Source: Cyanobacteria bacterium auto_48_18
GTDB lineage: Bacteria > Cyanobacteriota > Vampirovibrionia > Obscuribacterales > Obscuribacteraceae
Length of the DNA stretch: 64,000 bases
Reading direction: 5' to 3'
NCBI GenBank assembly: GCA_036170915.1
Contig: JAVHQC010000001.1
Coordinates: 32,001 to 96,000, forward strand
Both the position numbers and the translations under genes were made by a program. Of this stretch, positions 59,721 to 64,000 are shown one piece after another. The stretch's first letter is position 1. Each line of letters begins with the position of its first letter. The notes beneath the pieces were generated by a model. It saw only the letters and a program-made list of their open reading frames with translations, had not been told where the DNA came from and made no database searches.

Positions 59721-60145
59721 TAGGAGTAGATTCCATGCTCGATTCGGCCCAGAATAGATTCTACGATTCGAGCACCATATTCTGATTTAAGCAAAGTCAG
59801 AGGAAGCTCTCCGTCGATTGCTCTGTTTGTTGTCCGCAGCCATCTAGACGCCTTTACATTGTCGCCGAACACTTCCACTGTGTAGTCATAAATGCGTGCC
59901 AATCTAGCCACGAGGTCGGACTCTTCTGGAGTCAGGCGTTTTTCGTTTTTTCTACGAGCTAGCGTGCGGGCTGGAATAAATTCTTTAAGCTCGGCTTCAT
60001 CGATAATTCCGCGTTTTAAGAGGCTCTTTAACGCATCAACAGAAAATCCTTCATTGACAGCGTTCAGCATTTGAATGTCTGATGTTATCTTGGCAGTCCA
60101 GCTACCCTGCGCCGATAAAGCGCGAAGTATTCTATCGCGGTCCAT
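59720..60145 (-). CDS. Xre/MbcA/ParS antitoxin
   Basis: RTLARRK..RLT.EES..AR.AR...VFG...A.RWL..N.A..G..PL.LL..G...V..ILGRIEHG. TAATG coupling to the RES gene. Confidence 0.92.
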   Translation of the reverse strand: MDRDRILRALSAQGSWTAKITSDIQMLNAVNEGFSVDALKSLLKRGIIDEAELKEFIPARTLARRKNEKRLTPEESDLVARLARIYDYTVEVFGDNVKASRWLRTTNRAIDGELPLTLLKSEYGARIVESILGRIEHGIYS

Positions 60146-60251
60146 AATTTACCTCTCGGCCATATGCCTACTATTGTAGTGCCAGTTGGCAGTTTGTGCA
60201 ACGCTGTTTTACGGCCACGGCAGGTCTGTCCAGGGTGTTCAAAACTCAAGT

Positions 60252-60296
60252 AAAACTGCTTACAGAAAAACCTCAAGTTTTTCTGTAAGCAGTTTT
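60252..60296. repeat. REP-like hairpin copy 1 (20 bp perfect inverted repeat)
   Basis: AAAACTGCTTACAGAAAAAC-CTCAA-GTTTTTCTGTAAGCAGTTTT. Confidence 0.85.
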
Positions 60297-60336
60297 GACA
60301 GCGAGAAAGAAGTACCGAGGCAACCGGTTTTGGTAG

Positions 60337-60807
60337 CTAAAGTTTACGGCGCATAAATATGGTCGCTTGCGGATTGTCGTTGTAGCGCTCGCAATGCTCA
60401 TAACCATTTCGAATATAGAATTTTATGGCTGCCTGCAAGTCATCTTTAGTGTCCAAGTAACTCCACAGATAGTTCTCAGAAGCGGCATACTGGTGCAGTG
60501 ATTGCAATAACTGTTCGGCGATTCCCTGGCCACGATAAGGCTGTTTGACATACAACCGTTTTACTTCGCACGAATTTTCTATCTGCGGCAGCGGACGCAC
60601 AGCGATGCAGCCGACTAATTGATCATCAACTTGCGCTAGCCAAACACCAGAAGCTTTTTCGAAGTACTTTCCAAATTCTTGTTCGTTTTCGCGCACGGTT
60701 GCGTTAATTTCTTCGCAGTACTGTTGAACTATCGAATAGGCTTTTTTCAAGTCGCTGCTAGACGCCTTGTAGATCTTTGCTTCTTTGAGTTGGCCCTGTT
60801 GTGTCAT
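60337..60807 (-). CDS. GNAT family N-acetyltransferase
   Basis: VGCIAVR, EVKRLYV..YRGQGIA (acetyl-CoA binding), LDT...AAIKFY..NGY and RYNDNP. Confidence 0.92.
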   Translation of the reverse strand: MTQQGQLKEAKIYKASSSDLKKAYSIVQQYCEEINATVRENEQEFGKYFEKASGVWLAQVDDQLVGCIAVRPLPQIENSCEVKRLYVKQPYRGQGIAEQLLQSLHQYAASENYLWSYLDTKDDLQAAIKFYIRNGYEHCERYNDNPQATIFMRRKL

Positions 60808-60850
60808 TGTTAATTAGCGACCTTGTTGGGAAGCGCAATTATAATCTACC

Positions 60851-61339
60851 CTAAGACCTCTGTTTGATTTTGCCCTTTTGCAGCTTAGGCACACGAGGCA
60901 GTAACCTCTTAATTGCTGCAATCAATGCCGGAGCATCGAAGACCGGCATACTAATGAAAGCATCAGCCCCCATCAACTGGCCTGCTCTTTCTGTTGAAGC
61001 GTTGATTCGAGCCCCCATTGGACCAGGCTCTAGAGCCAGAATCATAAACATCGCTTCGGTATGTTCTGGATCTTTTCTCAACCGTTTTAGAAAATCAAAG
61101 AGCGATTCATTTTCTAAATAGGCTGCGCAAATGATAACGTCAGCGTGATCCGTTCCATTTAGAAAAGCAAATGCCTCATCAATGGTGTGAGCTCCCACAA
61201 CTGAGTGTCCGGCATGTTTGCAAGCTTCTTTCAAAAGGTCGGCATGTTCGACACTGTCCATAATCAAAATTCGAAAAGTATCTTGGGCAGGCAACCTAGC
61301 ATCAATGCTGGCCACCTCAACGAGTGGTTCTATAGTCAT
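60851..61339 (-). CDS. Single-domain atypical (pseudo-)receiver protein
   Basis: Receiver pattern RILIMD...ADVIICAA...FDFLKRLR..GADAFISMP. No Asp at the phosphoacceptor position and no conserved Lys. Confidence 0.65.
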   Translation of the reverse strand: MTIEPLVEVASIDARLPAQDTFRILIMDSVEHADLLKEACKHAGHSVVGAHTIDEAFAFLNGTDHADVIICAAYLENESLFDFLKRLRKDPEHTEAMFMILALEPGPMGARINASTERAGQLMGADAFISMPVFDAPALIAAIKRLLPRVPKLQKGKIKQRS

Positions 61340-61450
61340 GGGCTGAACCTAAATTCTTTAGTAAATCAACGATGGCGACTGACAGAAATGCTCTTGGTTC
61401 CATTTATTTAACGTGCAGTTTGTGCTCGGTGTCCGAGAACGGCTTGAATC

Positions 61451-61486
61451 TGCTTACAGAAAAACTTCGAGTTTTTCTGTAAAGCA
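61451..61486. repeat. REP-like hairpin copy 2
   Basis: TGCTTACAGAAAAAC-TTCGA-GTTTTTCTGTAAAGCA, near-identical to 60257-60291. Confidence 0.8.
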
Positions 61487-61504
61487 CTTTTGCCGCCAAA
61501 AGAC

Positions 61505-62617
61505 CTACTCGCCCATCCAGATATCTTTCGGCAAATAGGCATCAATGGCTATAGCCAAATCTTGATCTGACATTTGGACAGCATCGAGATAACACGTTGC
61601 ACCGATGAGTTTCGCAGCTAGTGGAGCAGTCGATTCAAGATGCGCATTTCGTGTTGATTGCCGCAGGCAGATAAATGGTTTTGGTTTAAGTGATTTGTCT
61701 TGCTTGGTATGGCGAAGAAAGTCAAACATGCGCGATTCATCGAATTTTGTGCCGCAAACAATCATGTCAAAATGGCCGTTATTGAGCGCATTCTTAGCCG
61801 CGGCCAGAGTGCTGACTTCGACTATTTCGTGATGCTGACCGAGCACTTTGAGCAGCCTGTCTGCGGTGTGTTCTTCGTCAGCAAGTAAGATTCGTGCTCT
61901 ATTATGTTTTTCGCGGGGCAAGTGAATAATTGCTTCTTCCAGGCCCTGAGCCAGTAATCCGAAGCGTGCCGCTGTTTTAGCCGCAATGAAAACGCGCATA
62001 AAGCAAAGAACAGCGAACATATCACCAGAGGGAAGTAGGCCTCCAAACCCAATTACGGTGCGAATTTTCTGAGGTACAACAAATTCATCTTGAGCAACAA
62101 TAGACGGATCATTCAAAGCTTCTGGTATGTACATGACGTGATAGCTTTTTTGTTTCGGATTCAAAAACAATCCGGGGCTCGGCGTCACCACTTGTGCAAT
62201 GTCGATGCCCAGACGCTTAATCAGCTGTGCCACCATTGGTGCCGCTTCAACAATTTTAGAACTGGTTAGGGGAATAACTTGATGGTTGCGCGATTGAAAG
62301 CGGTCGTTCCATTCTTTTTCACTACCGCGTGAAGCCAGTAAGGTCAGACAGTTAGTGTTAGGCGAAGGCTGCTCAGTGAGTATCTCATTGACGGTCTTTT
62401 TCAAGTGAGCAGTCAAGTCTTGATAAGGAATAGTGCGGAAAAATCTAATCAGCGCACAAGGGTCGTCTTCACCCTCACTCAGCTGATTGTAGAGAAAGTT
62501 GACAGTATCTTGGGCGAGCGCCTCCGTGGTCGACGATTTGTCGCCAAGCTCAATCAATTTCAGAGCACAGGGTTCTAAAACGCCTGCCTGCTCGATCTTC
62601 TGCATCCGCAGTACCAT
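61505..62617 (-). CDS. GAF-like sensor domain fused to an atypical receiver domain
   Basis: N-terminal CALIRFF...CLTLLA..G...WNDR..S..H..IPL...AQDEFV.P..I..VIGFGGLLPSG GAF-like domain. C-terminal RILLAD...FDMIVCGT...MFDFLR pseudo-receiver. Confidence 0.65.
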   Translation of the reverse strand: MVLRMQKIEQAGVLEPCALKLIELGDKSSTTEALAQDTVNFLYNQLSEGEDDPCALIRFFRTIPYQDLTAHLKKTVNEILTEQPSPNTNCLTLLASRGSEKEWNDRFQSRNHQVIPLTSSKIVEAAPMVAQLIKRLGIDIAQVVTPSPGLFLNPKQKSYHVMYIPEALNDPSIVAQDEFVVPQKIRTVIGFGGLLPSGDMFAVLCFMRVFIAAKTAARFGLLAQGLEEAIIHLPREKHNRARILLADEEHTADRLLKVLGQHHEIVEVSTLAAAKNALNNGHFDMIVCGTKFDESRMFDFLRHTKQDKSLKPKPFICLRQSTRNAHLESTAPLAAKLIGATCYLDAVQMSDQDLAIAIDAYLPKDIWMGE

Positions 62618-62710
62618 TTTTCAAGAGGTGATCTTTGCTAACTTTATCATGAACACTTGCGCTATGTGCAATATTGTACATAGATCAGCAAGCTCAATGG
62701 GTGGCCAGCA

Positions 62711-63745
62711 ATGTGGGACAACATAATCTCGAAGCAATTGAAGCGCGGCAATACCAATGTGCTTGTCACAGGCATTTTTATGGCGCTTTTAAGTGTTTTG
62801 ATGCTGGTTTTCACAGCGCGATCAAGCCTCAACGAAGTTCTTGGGCCGGTAACTATGACACCGGCCGAAGTTCTTGCCGTTAAAGATCCGAGTAAGCTTC
62901 TGCGTTATTACATCTGCACAAAAGGTTCCGCTGTTAGCCCAACCATTTGGCAAGACGGCTGGCTTAATACTGATCGCAAAACTGGTGCAAAAACGTTTAC
63001 AGCCACCAGTGATATTCAGCTGCTGAAGCTGGATGACGGCTTGGTGCTAGTACGGCGTCACGTAAGCTCTCCCGACACAAGTATTGCCGGTGCACTGGTG
63101 AATGTTCCAAATGATCTGTCCGTTACGGTTGCACATATTAACGCCAGCGCATTGAGATCGAAATTTAGGCCCCTCTTGATTGATTCAACGCGTTTTAGCT
63201 GGGGAGGTCGCATTACCCTGGCCATTATGCTTCCGTTTCTGATCATGTCAGTGGTGTTCATCCGTAGAGCAATCACGCGTTTGTCCGACAAGTTTCAAAA
63301 TCCCAGCATTCTCGCTCTCAAGCGCTTTGGCGACCCTCGGTCAGTGCTTTCTGAAATTGAGCAAGAGCTCAGAGACACTGACAATGTCTATCGTGACTCG
63401 ATGTTATGGCTCACTAAAAACTGGTTGATTACCACAAATTTGGCTGGTATTGAAATCAGAAACGTCAAAGAGTTGGTCTGGGTTTATCCGCAGACAACCG
63501 CTCATAGCGTTAACTTCATACCCACCGGCAATTCGTATGGTTTGCTAATTTGCGATAGTGCTGGAAAGTACACGCAAGTATCGCTTCCCTCGCAGCATTT
63601 TGGCACCATACTCGATGTCTTCAGTGCACGCGCTCCGTGGGCATTTTATGGCTATGATCTGAATTATAGACAAATGTGGCAATCAAAAAAACGCGCTGAG
63701 ATGATTGCACAAGTGGAAGAGCGCAGAGCGGCTATGGGGAAATAG
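62711..63745 (+). CDS. Membrane protein (DUF6709-like)
   Basis: Two TM segments, with L.RFG...EIEQEL, LTKNWLI, LVWVY..T.H..NFIPTG and APWAFYGY. Confidence 0.6.
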   Translation: MWDNIISKQLKRGNTNVLVTGIFMALLSVLMLVFTARSSLNEVLGPVTMTPAEVLAVKDPSKLLRYYICTKGSAVSPTIWQDGWLNTDRKTGAKTFTATSDIQLLKLDDGLVLVRRHVSSPDTSIAGALVNVPNDLSVTVAHINASALRSKFRPLLIDSTRFSWGGRITLAIMLPFLIMSVVFIRRAITRLSDKFQNPSILALKRFGDPRSVLSEIEQELRDTDNVYRDSMLWLTKNWLITTNLAGIEIRNVKELVWVYPQTTAHSVNFIPTGNSYGLLICDSAGKYTQVSLPSQHFGTILDVFSARAPWAFYGYDLNYRQMWQSKKRAEMIAQVEERRAAMGK

Positions 63746-63758
63746 GTCAAAGGTCACT

Positions 63759-63998
63759 TCACCAGGTTCGTTTGTGCTTAAAAGCAGCCTCAGTCTGATT
63801 TAGGAGCGCTTTCCAATTATCGTCGCGTGGTTGAATTCCAATTTCTTCGATGGCAAATCTGATCACATCTTCGAGAGCTACTCGGCCGGTAGGCAAATGC
63901 TTATCAACTAAATAATGATTGGTTAGGTGCATGTCATCTCTAACATGAAGATGAGATTCAAAACTATCATTTTTGCGGCGGTGATAGTGCCAATCGAT
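63759..63998 (-). CDS. 3' part of a conserved hypothetical protein; the gene starts beyond the window and is not in the ORF track
   Basis: Open minus frame from the window edge: IDWHYHRRKNDSFESHLHVRDDMHLTNHYLVDKHLPTGRVALEDVIRFAIEEIGIQPRDDNWKALLNQTEAAFKHKRTW*. Confidence 0.6.
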   Translation of the reverse strand: MDWHYHRRKNDSFESHLHVRDDMHLTNHYLVDKHLPTGRVALEDVIRFAIEEIGIQPRDDNWKALLNQTEAAFKHKRTW

Positions 63999-64000
63999 TA

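Noticed and set aside
1166..63291. Many 60-150 aa ORFs nested in or antisense to the long genes
   Set aside because: No recognisable motifs, and they overlap well-supported CDSs; treated as shadow ORFs.
1..64000. Selenoprotein genes with in-frame TGA, prompted by selB
   Set aside because: The TGA-ending genes I checked end at natural domain boundaries or overlap the next start. This was by eye only; a SECIS search is needed.

Overview
Bacterial chromosomal window, about 49% GC by eye. It has many TPR proteins and a cyanobacterial-type SLOG/DprA-like gene but no photosynthesis genes; this suggests (inference only) a non-photosynthetic cyanobacterial relative such as Vampirovibrionia/Obscuribacterales. 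From left to right it contains: (1) an ABC exporter operon with a thioredoxin-like protein and a FliB/YkgJ-type Fe-S protein; (2) an aryl-CoA (paa-like) catabolic operon with a single diiron epoxidase subunit, PaaK, EthD, an Oah/BadI-like crotonase with a zinc ribbon, PaaF and PaaG; (3) a giant, internally duplicated CPBP intramembrane protease; (4) an envelope cluster built around a thioester alpha-2-macroglobulin, with a signal-peptide AMMECR1 protein, VanW, a Tat-exported stand-alone transpeptidase and SpoIID/LytB; (5) an antiporter, an aminotransferase, TPR proteins, a class II Fic protein, TMEM14 and a purple-acid-type phosphatase; (6) tRNA-Phe, an orphan DotI/VirB8-like gene, dedA and selB; (7) a serine hydrolase, GT-C, DegT and GT9 envelope genes, and a HicB-type ribbon-helix-helix protein with a histone-like basic tail; (8) ndk, pcrA and mraY; (9) a right-hand accessory stretch with an Xre/RES toxin-antitoxin pair, a GNAT, two pseudo-receiver genes and REP-like hairpins. 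Two dispersed palindromic repeat families are present. I saw no CRISPR array, rRNA, transposase or integrase. The best candidates for an undescribed system are the A2M-AMMECR1-VanW-transpeptidase-SpoIID cluster, the minimal epoxidase operon and the histone-tail RHH protein. All family assignments come from reading motifs by eye, not from database searches.
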